Origin: Somniosus microcephalus
Taxonomy: Eukaryota
NCBI GenBank assembly: GCA_052327205.1
Contig: CM126207.1
Location: 192,634,001 to 192,698,000 of the forward strand
Direction of reading: 5' to 3'
DNA: 64,000 nucleotides
Made by a program: the position numbers and the translations under genes. A model generated the notes under the pieces. The model was not told the origin of the DNA. It was given only the letters and a program-made list of their open reading frames with translations, and searched no databases. Positions 24,401-34,725 of the stretch are shown here, piece after piece. The stretch's first letter is position 1. Every line of letters starts with the position of its first letter.

Positions 24401-25105
24401 AAGCTGGCTCTACGACGGAAACAGGAGGAAGAGAAGGAGGAACTGCGCATGCAGCTGGCAGCTGTGGCAGCTGACAATGGAGCCCAGAGAGTCTCCAAGA
24501 AGCAGAAAAGGAAAAGTAAAAACAGAAGATGACCCATCTGAACCATTATCACCTCTACCAGATCACACACGTGGTCCCTCCGAACGGAGCCAATTCAGTT
24601 CGGAAGTTCAAACTGTTAAATCCATGGAAGGACTATTGAATGAGTCACTCTAGCAACGTGAACCGACTACACCACAGAGATTGAATCTGTGAACTGTTTT
24701 CCGCAGAGACTGAATCTGTGATCTGTTTTTGACATGAAGTTATCTATGTATCTATGTTATTCTGTTATGTAAACCTGAAGTTATATATGTATATATGTTA
24801 TTACGTTATGTTAAATGGGGAGATGACTGTAAAGCTAGGAAGGGAGGAATGTTGTGTATGTAATATGTGTGCTACTTTGAACCTATGGACAGGACTGCAC
24901 TACTTGTTGGGCGTAGTGATACGCAGTACCACTCCTGGCCATAGGGGTATAAATAGTACTGTGGGTACTGATTCCCCTCAGTTCCCGCCTGTGGGCATGA
25001 AGTAAAGACCTATGTATAGTCCCTACCTCCAACCAGTAAAGACCTGTTTGAGTTATACATTTAAGTCTTTGTGTTAATTGTTCAATACAATACACATACT
25101 TAACA
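21484..25105 (+). mobile_element. Non-autonomous chimeric LTR retrotransposon, copy B (intact ORF)
   Basis: 256-bp LTRs at 21484-21739 and 24850-25105 with no difference seen; 5-bp TSD CTACC; PBS TGGCGACGAG; PPT AGGAAGGGAGGAA. Confidence 0.96.
22307..24532 (+). CDS. 741-aa Gag (2x CCHC)-aspartic protease (LDTG)-STK10/SLK-like coiled coil-optineurin-like coiled coil-DNAJC21-like C2H2 zinc finger fusion
   Basis: Uninterrupted ORF; N-terminal ~385 aa closely resemble Gag-PR of the 7813-12832 element; C-terminal half has no pol motifs; host-gene similarities recognised from memory. Confidence 0.9.
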   Translation: MPKHGNISTFDSDLEDWAIYVERVKNYCKANKIRDQDKALTLLNLMGAKTYGQLKHLLSPDEPADKTFDEIVTVLKDHLNPTPLMLAERFKFYDRRQLQHESNAEYLLELRKLAKYCQFGTGLTDALRDKFVCGLFKQDTQKRLLEENELTLEKAVTMAAAHEAAARGTAVMQLRSPELSAHKLGVSSGKCYRCGKTTHDQNQCWFKNQECRTCGRLGHIARVCRSGKKTSSKKSPQGKYAKVHKVTEQESDSDASSNELASLSCNELASLRVLNAGKGADLQTIWVTLQIEGVQVKLELDTGSALTVINKKDYGKLFQHIPLQDTGIILKTYTGQRVYPIGKIEVAVAHKGEDSQIMDLYVISEGGPPLLGREWIRKMNMDWHFLQTITSENSVKIVGPDSGTDDGKPNSGAKDKVSAQNSTEQQQHSLTVDSESGKSTDVPISEGHRARTQLHFKLQQQLEQMLRRFEQELNATKEFFDIELENLERQQKQLMEKMEQEHTKRLMSEELTVSQLLHMLKDRTLKWEKLEHELQYSNERGSELSKVIGRAEVATQTEMTATEQPLDAKSTLTHVNVEQQTAETAAPVEGLHSPINQSPKEVEVLKSQMRSLVNDLLKAQKKLDAEVHMKKSLQERCLDLEQELANVQLGMEEIDDPLTGLAQDDTEYYDVLSCPACNFDSQSAEIMEEHQKSTEHREKLALRRKQEEEKEELRMQLAAVAADNGAQRVSKKQKRKSKNRR

Positions 25106-26834
25106 CTACCCTGTACCCCACTGCTGCCTGGGATGAGACCAGCTGAGAAGAGATTGTTGTTGTAACCTGAGACCGACTGTTCTGAGTGGACCAGTACTCT
25201 GCCCCCAAGCCATTTGGGGGAGCATCCAGACCAGCATGCACCTGTTTCTCCTGCCTCCCCAGCAGAGCCTTGACCTTGATGGTGAACTCCTGACTGCTTC
25301 CTCTGGCTACAAAACTCTACTGGGCTCCCGGAAAAAACACGTTCACACAGTTTGCAGCCATGAGAAGAGACTGTCTCCACCGGTCCTCTTAGGTTGTTCC
25401 AGTCAAGTCTGTGTTGTAACAAAGCTACTTGTATGTAGCAGTACATCCCGTGGGCTCAGCATCTATCATAAAACTCAATAATATTCAACAACCTGAATGA
25501 ATGAGAAATTCTGATTTACACTCAGGTACGATGAGTGCCACACTATGCAACTACCTCTTATCTTGGCACAGAAATACAATTGTCCACGTTCAGTTGTTCA
25601 ACAATTTGTTTTTTTGATTTCACTGACTGTTGTGTACTGTACCATTCAATAACAGAGAGTTTTGTACTAGGTTGGCCTTGATAATATGACACATTTCTTT
25701 CTGGCAAGGATTTTGGCTGGATAAATGAGGGACTTTTTGAGTATTTGTGAAAGGTATAATGTCAGATTGGAGGACGAATGGAGTATCACTTGGGCTCCTG
25801 TTGTTTCTAATCTACATTTAATGACTTTGGTATTGAAACCAAGTGTCACTTTGCCGATGACACTAAACTAGGGAAAGCAGCAGAGACAGAGAGTGCAGTT
25901 AAAGAAAAGCAGAAGGATTTAGATGGGCAACGTCATTTGGCAAACAAACGCTAAAATGCAATCTGACATTGATAAATATAAAGTGCTATGCACCCGTCGA
26001 AAAATATTGAGCATCAATGAATGGGCATGAGAGACTTAGAAAGAGACCTGGGAATGAGATGAGATGAATCATTTTCAATGTCTGGGCAATGTGGCTTAGC
26101 AATTTAATAAAAGTAAACTGAATGCTGCAATACATAAACAACAACACCAAAAACTTGCATTTACACCGCATCTGTATCCAAGTGAAATGTCCCAAGGTGC
26201 TTCACAGGAGCGTTATTGGGCAAAATTTGACACCAAGCCAAAGAAGGAGACATGAGGGCAGGTGAGCAAAAGCTTGGTTTTAAGGTGTCTTAAAGGAGGA
26301 AAGAGAGGTGGAGAAACAAAGCGGTTTGGGGAAGAAATTCTTGAGCTTAGAGCTTACATGGCTGAAGGCATGACCACCAATGGTGGAGCAAAGGGGATCG
26401 ACAGAAAAGTGGAGCACAAATCTCCAGAAGTTATGCTAACTTTTACCATGAAGTGCTCCATTCTGGTCACTGCTACGATTTGGGCAAACTCTCGATACTT
26501 TTACTGTGCCCATTGTAAAAGTCAGCTTCCATGGATGAGCCCGTGTTCGCTGTGAACTGAAATGTGATATTATGCGTGAAGTTATCTGAAATAGAGTGCC
26601 CCGTATATCTTTGGCTACAAATCACACGTCAGGTTTTATTAAAAAATAAAATTAGCTGGGGCAAAAGTCAAATGACAGCAGAAGCATAAATCACAGTGTA
26701 TCACTTACAGAATCGATCAGAGGGAAAGGGTGAGAAAATTGGCAAAATGGTGTGCTGTTGGCTAGTGTCCAATAATAGTCACTAGCCATATGTGGCTAAT
26801 TCTTTCTTGATCATAGGCAATTGCCTATTAAAAG

Positions 26835-28635
26835 ACAACCCTTTTTAAAGGGGCACAAATAATAAGGACTGTAACTTAAAACAAATAAAAAGGAACCTTA
26901 ACAAGTCAAATTAAAAATTTGTTCCGGGGGGTGGGGGTGGGGGGGGGGTTGCTGGGCGGGGTGGGTGATGCATTCTGGTGCCCACTGGTCGCGGAAGGCC
27001 TTGAGCGTGCCGGCAGACACTGCGTGCCCCATCTCTAGGGCCGCCCAGGCACGAACGTGGCTGCGGAAGAGAGGCAGGCAGTCGGTCCGAATGACCCTCT
27101 CGACCGCCCACTGCCTGGACCAGTTGATGGCCACTTTGGCCAGGCCCAGGGGCTGACCTATTAGGAGGTCCCCCAATCTGCCCACTCACCCCCCCCCCCC
27201 GCACCGGGTGACCAAAGATCAGGAGCGTGGGACTGAAGTGCAGCCAAAAATCGAGGAGCAGCCCCTTCAAATAGTGGAAGAGGGAGCAGACTTGGTGTAC
27301 TCTTTTTGATGGGGTGTTTAAACAAATTGACTATAAATTAATAAAACTTTAAAGAAAACTTAACAAATTAAAATAAAATTTGATTGTCCGGGTTGATAAT
27401 GCACTCCAGTCCCCGCGGCGCCCACCGGTCGCGGAATGCCTCAAGCATGCAGGCGGACACCACGTGCTCCATCTCCAGGGCCACCCGGGCGCGAACATGG
27501 CCGCGGAAGAGAGGCAGGCAATCGGGCTGGACGACCCCCTCAAACGCCCGCTGCCTGGACCAATTGATGGCTTTTTTAGCCAGGCCCAGGAGCAGTCCTA
27601 CGAAGAGGTCCTCCGACCTGCCCGCTCCCCTCCGCACCGGGTGACCAAAGATCAGGAGCGTGGGGCTGAAGTGCAGCCAAAAATCGAGGAGCAGCCCCTT
27701 CAAATAGTGGAAGAGGGGGCAGACTTGGTGTAAGTACATCCTCTTTTTTGGGAAAACAAATAAATTAGACAAATAAATACTGTAAATAAACCATTAAAAC
27801 TTCAAATAAACCTTACGAATCAAATTAAAATTTGGTTTTCCAGCCCAATTATGCACTCCAGTCCCCGCGGCGCCCACCGGTCACGGAAGTGATCGAGCGC
27901 GCCGGCGGACACCGCGTGCTCCATCTCCAGGGCCACTTGGGCGCGAACATAGCCGCAGATGAGAGGGAGGCAATCCGGCCAGATGACCCCCTCGACCACC
28001 CGCTGCCTGGACCAATTGATGGCTTTTTTAGCCAGGCCCAGGAGCAGTCCTACGAAGAGGTCCTCCGACCTGCCCGCTCCCCTCCGCACCGGGTGACCAA
28101 AGATCAGGAGCGTGGGGCTGAAGTGCAGCCAAAATTCGAGGAGCAGCCCCTTCAAATAGTGGAAGAGGGGGCAGACTTGGTGTAAGTACATCCTCTTTTT
28201 TGGGAAAACAAATAAATTAGACAAATAAATACTGTAAATAAACCATTAAAACTTCAAATAAACCTTACGAATCAAATTAAAATTTGGTTTTCCAGCCCAA
28301 TTATGCACTCCAGTCCCCGCGGCGCCCACCGGTCACGGAAGTGATCGAGCGCGCCGGCGGACACCGCGTGCTCCATCTCCAGGGCCACTTGGGCGCGAAC
28401 ATAGCCGCAGAAGAGAGGGAGGCAATCCGGCCGGATGACCCCCTCGACCACCCGCTGCCTGGACCAATTGATGGCTTTTTTAGCCAGGCCCAGGAGCAGT
28501 CCTACGAAGAGGTCCTCCGACCTGCCCGCTCCCCTCCGCACCGGGTGACCAAAGATCAGGAGCGTGGGGCTGAAGTGCAGCCAAAAATCGAGGAGCAGCC
28601 CCTTCAAATAGTGGAAGAGGGGGCAGACTTGGTGT
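26835..28635 (-). repeat. Tandem array of four ~450-bp Tx1/L1-clade 3'-end fragments
   Basis: Each unit encodes PLFHYLKGLLL.FWLHFSPTLLIFGHPV...F.DRWAP.GLECII plus an A/T-rich 3' UTR; units 3 and 4 are nearly identical with a 452-bp period. Confidence 0.85.
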
Positions 28636-29145
28636 AAGTACATGAGGGAGAAAGGAATAGAAAGATATGCTGATAGGGTGAGATGAAGTAGGGTGGCAGC
28701 ACGGTGGCATAGTGGTTAGCACTGTTGCCTCACAGCGCCAGGGACCCGGGTTCGAATCCGGCCTCGGGTGACTGTCTGTGTGGAGTTTGCACATTCTCCC
28801 CGTGTTTGCGTGGGTTTCCTCCGGGTGCTCCGGTTTCCTCCCACAGTCCAAAGATGTGCGGGTTAGGTTGATTGGCTATGATAAATTGACCCTTAGTGTT
28901 AGGGGGATTAAATACGTGGGGTTACAGGGATAGGGTGGGATATGTGTTGGTGTAGGGGTTACGGGGATTGGGTGGGATATGTGTCGGTGCAGGCTCGATG
29001 GGCCGAAATGGCCTCTATCTGCACTGTGGGGTTTCTGTGATCTCTGTGATTTCTGGGAGGAGGCTCGTGTGGAGCATAAGCACCGGCACAGACCTGTTGG
29101 GCTGAATGAATGGCCTGTTTCTATGCTGTAAGTTCTATGTAATTC
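28636..29145 (+). mobile_element. CR1 3' UTR fragment interrupted by an HE1 SINE
   Basis: agtacatgagggagaaaggaataga...gggtg|ggaggaggctcgtgtgg; uninterrupted equivalent at 44940-45090. Confidence 0.7.
28695..29052 (+). mobile_element. HE1-type V-SINE (tRNA-derived)
   Basis: tRNA A/B boxes (tggcatagtgg, gggttcgaatcc) and V-domain tgtgtggagtttgcacattctccccgtg...gggtgctccggtttcctcccac. Confidence 0.88.
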
Positions 29146-29179
29146 CTGCAACCCAAACCTCTCAAGCAACCATCCCCAT

Positions 29180-29350
29180 CTCCCCCAATATTGGACTGGT
29201 AGCTATTGGTTGCATCATGACCAGCAGGGGGCAGGGTCCGGAACGTATGACATCTGGGATCGATGTGGGAGACGTTGAGAACGTGTTTACATCACGAAGC
29301 CGCACGTTATAAAAGGGCGGAGAGGCTGCGGTTGCCACTACAAGATGGCG
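29180..29350 (+). promoter_or_regulatory. Likely GLG1 proximal promoter / CpG-rich 5' region
   Basis: CCAAT/ATTGG boxes (~29185-29210), CCGGAA ETS-like site (~29238), TATAAAA followed by GGGCGG (~29308-29320), YY1-type CAAGATGGCG overlapping the ATG. Confidence 0.6.
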
Positions 29351-29803
29351 GTGTGTGGACGTGGGAACTCAGTGCTGGCGGCGGGGGGCCGGCGGTGGCC
29401 GCGGGCCTCGCATTGTCTGCTGGCGGCTGTCCTCACTTTACTCCTCCCGAGCCTCCGCGCTGTGGCTCTGACAGACCGCAGTCGCCCTCGGGAATCGGTC
29501 GTCTTGGGTCACCGAAACCAGCAGCAGGAGATGGAGGCGGGCGCCCAGGCCCAGTTCCAGGGCCCGGTTCAAGCTCAGCCGCAGGGCCCGGTTCAGGTTC
29601 AGCCCCGTCCTCCGTTCCAGGCTCAGCCCCAGGCTCAGTTCCCGGGCCAGCCCCGTCCTCCGGGCCAGTTCCAGGCCCCGCGGAAGAACATCTGGCGGAT
29701 TTCGGAGGATCCGATGTGTCACGAAGACGTGGCCCGGCTCTGCCCCAAACACACCTGGCAGAACAACTTCGCGGTGCTCGAGTGTCTACAGGACGTGCGG
29801 GAG
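29345..29803 (+). CDS. GLG1: Golgi glycoprotein 1 (ESL-1/MG-160/CFR) exon 1
   Basis: MAVCGR start, hydrophobic signal peptide, Q/P-rich linker, then WRISEDPMCHEDVARLCPKHTWQNNFAVLECLQDVRE matching remembered GLG1 (WKLAEEESCREDVTRVCPKHTWSNNLAVLECLQDVRE); phase-0 donor GAG|GTAAG at 29803/29804. Confidence 0.95.
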
Positions 29804-30439
29804 GTAAGCGGCGGCCTCGGGAGGGCGGGCTGGCCTGGACAGAGCAGTTCAATAAGCCCCGCACCTGGCGTTTGTTGGTAGAGGCGTTCACTGGCTGTTG
29901 ATCCTTGCTCCTGAGTGGGCAGAATGGGGGGAGTGGCCTGGCGATCGGTCTCAGCTTCTGGGCGGTTTGGACTGGTTGCTGGACACTGTTCCTGGGGCAG
30001 AATGGGGATCAGACTGGCTGACAGGCACTGCTCCTGAGTGGGTAGTGAAGCATCAGGCTTTGCTGTTGATCACTGCTCCTTGTTGTGGTGGGTGGGGGTC
30101 CTTTAGGCTGCCCTGAGCGGGGCGGGGGAATTGTCTGCCTGCTGATTGCCTCCAGAGTCGGCAGTTGGCCTGACTCCCGAGTGAACAGGAGTCGTGTTGC
30201 TGTGAAGAATACGTGGGGCGTGACAGCTGCTGGTCACTACTGCAGGTCAGAAGGTCTGCCCAGCACTTGAGGACTTTTTAGAGTCTGTCTTTGTCCTCCT
30301 GAGGTTTTGCAGTTTAAAGTATAGCCACGTGTAACTGGGACTCTTGGTTGGGGCAACCAGCCAAATAAAATTCAGCTACTCAGCCCAAGCCGCCTTGTTA
30401 ATATCCATGGCAATGGTTACCAATATGGTGTAACCCTTG

Positions 30440-31802
30440 TACGATAGCAAAATACTGCAGATGTTGGAAATACGAAATAACAACAGAAAATGCTGGAAAA
30501 ACTCAGCAGGTCAGGCAACATCCGTGGAGAGAAATTTGAGTTGACATTTCTGGTCGAATCCTTCTTCAAAACTGGAAAGAAAAGAAAATAGATCGAAGGC
30601 AGGGCTGCGATCGGACAAAAGAAGTGAAAGAAACAAAAGAAGTAAGAGACAATAAAAAGTATTTGAGGCTAGACGAGATGGGTAATAGGCTGAGATTAGG
30701 TGTAAAGTGTACTGGCAGGGCAAGAGATAGCTGCCAGGTGTGAGTGAAACAAAAGGAAAGGGGGGGGGGGGAGAAAGGCGTGGAAAAATTACAAGAAAAA
30801 ATGTAATAGGGGCCGAGGTTATGATCTGAAATTGTTGAACTTGATATTGAGTCTGGAAGGCTGCAGAGTGCCTAATCGGAAGATGAGGTGCTGTTCCTCG
30901 AGTTTACGTTGAGCTTTCGTGGAACAATACAAGAGGCTAAGGACGGTGAGGTCAGAGTGGGAATGGAGTGGTGAATTAAAATGACAGGCGACCGGAAGCT
31001 CGGGGTCACCCTTACGGACTGAACGGAGGTGTTCCGCAAAGCGGTCACCCAATCTGCGTTTGGTCTCCCCAATGTAGAGGAGACCGCATCGTGAGCAGCG
31101 AACACAGTATACTAGATTGCAAGAAGTACAAGTAAATCGCTGTTTCACCTGGAAGGGGTGTTTGGGGCCCTGGACAGTGGGAAGGTATAGAGGCAGGTGT
31201 TACATCTCCGCTTGCACGGGAAGGTGCCAGGGGAAGGGCTGTTTGGGGTGATAGAGGAGTGGACTAGGGTGTCTCAGAGGGAGTGGTCCCTACGGAATGC
31301 TGAAAGGGGAGGGGAAGATACGTTAGGTGGTGGGATCACTTTGGAGGTAGCGGAAATGCCGGAGGATGATCCGTTGAATGTGGAGGCTGATAGGGTGAAA
31401 GGTGAGGACAAGGGGAACCCTATCGTGGTTCCGGGAGGGAGGGGCAGGGGTGAGGGCAGAAGTGCGGGAGATAGAACTGACTCGGTCGAGGGCAGTGTCA
31501 ACCACGGTAGAGGGGAATCCTCGGTTGCGGAAAAAGGAAGACATGTCTGAAGCACTGGTGTGGAAGGTGGCATCGTCGGAGCGGAGATGGAGAAACTGGG
31601 AGAATGGAATAGAGTCCTTACAGGAAGCGGGGTGGGAGGAAGTGTAGTCCAGGTAGCTGTGGGAGTCAGTGGGCTTGTAGTGAATATTGGTCGATAACCT
31701 ATCCCCAGAGATGGAGGCAGAGAAGTCGAGGAAGGGAAGAGTCAGAGTAGGACCATGTAAAGGTGAGGGAAGGGTGGAAATTGGAGGCAAAGTGAATGAA
31801 AT
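30440..31802 (-). mobile_element. Penelope-like element, left inverted arm (RT C-terminus + GIY-YIG endonuclease + 3' tail)
   Basis: LPFLD, HYKPTDSHSYLDY, NLVYCVRCSRCGLLYIGETKRRLGDRFAEH. Confidence 0.9.
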
Positions 31803-33200
31803 GAAACCGGCCGTTTCCTGCTCTCGCTCCGAACTTGACAATTTCATTCACTTTGCCTCCAATTTCCACCCTTCCCTCACCTTCACATGGTCCATCTCTG
31901 ACTCTTCCCTTCCCTTCCTCGACTTCTCCGTCTCCATTTCTGGGGATAGGTTATCGACCAATATCCACTACAAGCCCACTGACTCCCACAGCTACCTGGA
32001 CTACACTTCCTCCCACCCCGCTTCCTGTAAGGACTCTATTCCATTCTCCCAGTTTCTCCGTCTCCGCCGTATCTGTTCCGACGATGCCACCTTTCACACC
32101 AGTGCTTCAGGCATGTCTTCCTTTTTCCGCAACCGAGGATTCCCCTCTACCGTGGTTGACACTGCCCTCGACCGTGTCAGTTCTATCTCCCGCACGTCTG
32201 CCCTCACCCTTGCCCCTCCCTCTCGGAACCACGATAGGGTTCCCCTTGTCCTCACCTTTCACCCCACCAGCCTCCACATTCAACGGATCATCCTCTGGCA
32301 TTTCTGCTACCTCAAGTGATCCCACCACCAAACGTATCTTCCCCTCCCCTCCCCTTTCAGCATTCCGTAGGGACTGCTCCCTCCGAGACACCCTAGTCCA
32401 CTCCTCTATCACCCCAAACAGCCCTTCCCCTTCGCCTGGCACCTTCCCATGCAAGCGGAGGAGATGTAACACCTGCCCCTATACCTCCCCCCTTCCCACT
32501 GTCCAGGGCCCCAAACACCCCTTCCAGGTGAAACAGCGATTTACTTGTATTTCTTGCAATCTAGTATATTGTATTCGCTGCTCACGATGCGGTCTCCTCT
32601 ACATTGGGGAGACCAAACGCAGATTGGGTGACCACTTTGCGGAACACCTCCGTTCAGTCCGTAAGGGTGACCCTGAGCTTCCGGTCGCCTGTCATTTTAA
32701 TTCGCCGTTCCATTCCCACTCTGACCTCACCGTCCTTGGCCTCTTGTATTGTTCCACGGAAGCTCAACGTAAACTCGAGGAACAGCACCTCCTCTTCCGA
32801 TTAGGCACTCTGCAGCCTTCCGGACTCAATATCGAGTTCAACAATTTCAGATCATAACCTCGGCCCCTATTACATTTTTTCTTGTAATTTTTCCACTCCT
32901 TTTTCTCTCTTTTTTCCCCCCCCCCCCCTTTCCTTTTGTTTCTCTCGCACCTGGCAGCTATCTCTTGCCCTGCCAGTACACTTTACACCTAATCTCAGCC
33001 TATTACCATCTCGTCTAGCTTCTAATACCTTTTTATTGTCTTTTACTTCTTTTGTTTCTTTCACTTCTTTTGTCCGATCGCAGCCCTGCCTTCGATCTAT
33101 TTTCTTTCCAGTTTTGAAGAAGGGTTCGACCCGAAATGTCAACTCAAATTTCTCTCCATGGATGTTGCCTGACCTGAGTTTTTCCAGCATTTTCTGTTAT
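31803..33200 (+). mobile_element. Penelope-like element, right arm
   Basis: ORFs 31687-32319 and 31835-32857 encode the same RT thumb and GIY-YIG region; 3' tail carries a hammerhead-like core near 33113-33140. Confidence 0.9.
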
Positions 33201-34397
33201 TATGGCGTAACCCTTGGTTGTCTAGAGAATGGCGATTATTTAAAAAAAAAAAAAAATTAAGTAACTCCACACGCAGAAATTTTGAGGTTGAAACTCTCAG
33301 GTTAATTGAGGTATGTGTCCAGCACGACCCAATACGCTATATAGTAATGGTCACTGTATATCCAGAGGGACACCTTGTATAGATTCAGGCCTGCATGTGT
33401 TAAATGCATTTTTTCTTTGACTGTGTTGCATGCCTAGATAATGCAAGAACAGTTTATTTCAAAACTACTGGTTTAATTCTGATAACTTGTCCTAGAACTA
33501 GTTCCTCTTAACGCCACTACATTTCCCTTTAGTTTTTCAAAATGATCTAGATATGGTGGCATTAGGAAGGAGCACATTACTCTTCCTCTTGCTATGTTGA
33601 GATTTGAAATGCTTGATCTGTATTTGTCAAAACACCGATGATGAATACCTAATGAGCTGGGATGCCTTGTTTGAGAGAATGTTAAACACTAGCTGAATAG
33701 AACCCTTGTTAATACAATGAGAATAATGACAATGCCTTGTAAGTGACATTTGACTTGTGATTGAAGAGCTGGAGAAGTGTTGGCACTGGTTTAGGACCAG
33801 TATAAATGAAGCTATCTGGAATTGGTTTCTTGCAGGAGGTTTTAGTCATTTATTGTCCCCAGCACTGGGATCAAATGTTGTTTGTGGGGGAAATGTCTAA
33901 TGAAGGTCTGTTTGGTAGTGGGACTTGGGCAAAACCTGCATTGCTTGTAAGCTACCATTAGCTGGGCTCTTCTAATGAGCTGCTGGTGCAGAACATGCCT
34001 ATATCTTGCTGTATGCTGACAAATTTTACACACGTGTGTGATTCAGTGACTGTTAATTGCATTTTAGTGTGCACCAACCACCCGAATGCTGAGTACTGTG
34101 TACATTTTAAAATTGGTCTTCCAGCAGCAGGGCTTAGCTGTTCTACTGAAATGCAAATGAAAGTATAATGAGTCGGTCAGAACGGCCACACTAGGTGTAT
34201 CTTTAGGCAGTGTTACATTGGGAGGAGAGTGATGCTCCCGCTGTTGGCGGTGCACTGAATGCAGATGAATTCCACCTCTGCAGTGCCTGGAGCCCATTTT
34301 ATTTTGTAGTTCTTCAGTATGGAGGTTGGAACCACCACAAGCAAAGGTCTTTCTATCCACCCTTGGAAGTACACACATTTAATAAACAAGGAGAGAA

Positions 34398-34725
34398 TCA
34401 TGGGATAGAATCAGAATGGTTACAGCACAGAAGGAGGCCATTTGGCCCATTGCGCCCATGCCGGCTCTCCAAGAGCACCTCGGCTCGTCTCGCTCCCCCG
34501 CCCTTTCCCCGTAGCCCTGCAAATATTTTTCTCTTCAGGTACTTATCCAATTCCCTTTTGAAAGCCACCATTGAATCTGCCTCCACCACCCTTTCGCTGC
34601 GTAAAAAGTTTTTCCTCATGTCGCCTTTCGTTCTTCTGCCAATCACCTTAAATCTGTGTCCACTGGTTCTTGACCCTGCCGCCAATGGGAACAGTTTCTC
34701 TCTATCTACTCTGTCCATGCCCCTC
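34398..34725 (-). mobile_element. CR1 3' fragment
   Basis: DRVDREKLFPL...SRTSGHRFKV plus CR1 tail. Confidence 0.75.

Noticed and set aside
22307-24532. Domesticated Gag-derived host gene (ARC/PEG10/PNMA-like)
   Set aside because: Flanked by apparently identical LTRs and a perfect TSD, and present as two independent insertions, so it behaves as a mobile element rather than a fixed gene
15748-25105. Copies A and B as an inverted segmental duplication or assembly artefact
   Set aside because: They have different TSDs, different U3 regions, different flanks and many internal differences
24883-25446. 187-aa minus-strand ORF as a host exon
   Set aside because: Half lies in the LTR; rejoining the flanks across the insertion hits stops; no recognisable protein
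27300-28643. CRISPR-like array or tandem small-protein gene cluster
   Set aside because: Units are ~450-bp LINE 3'-end fragments without unique spacers or genuine starts; context is eukaryotic
28695-28770. tRNA gene
   Set aside because: tRNA-like head of an HE1/V-SINE, continuous with the V-domain
29263-29901. Alternative-frame and antisense GC-rich ORFs over GLG1 exon 1
   Set aside because: Shadow ORFs of a GC-rich exon; only the 29345 frame gives a signal peptide, GLG1 similarity and a proper donor
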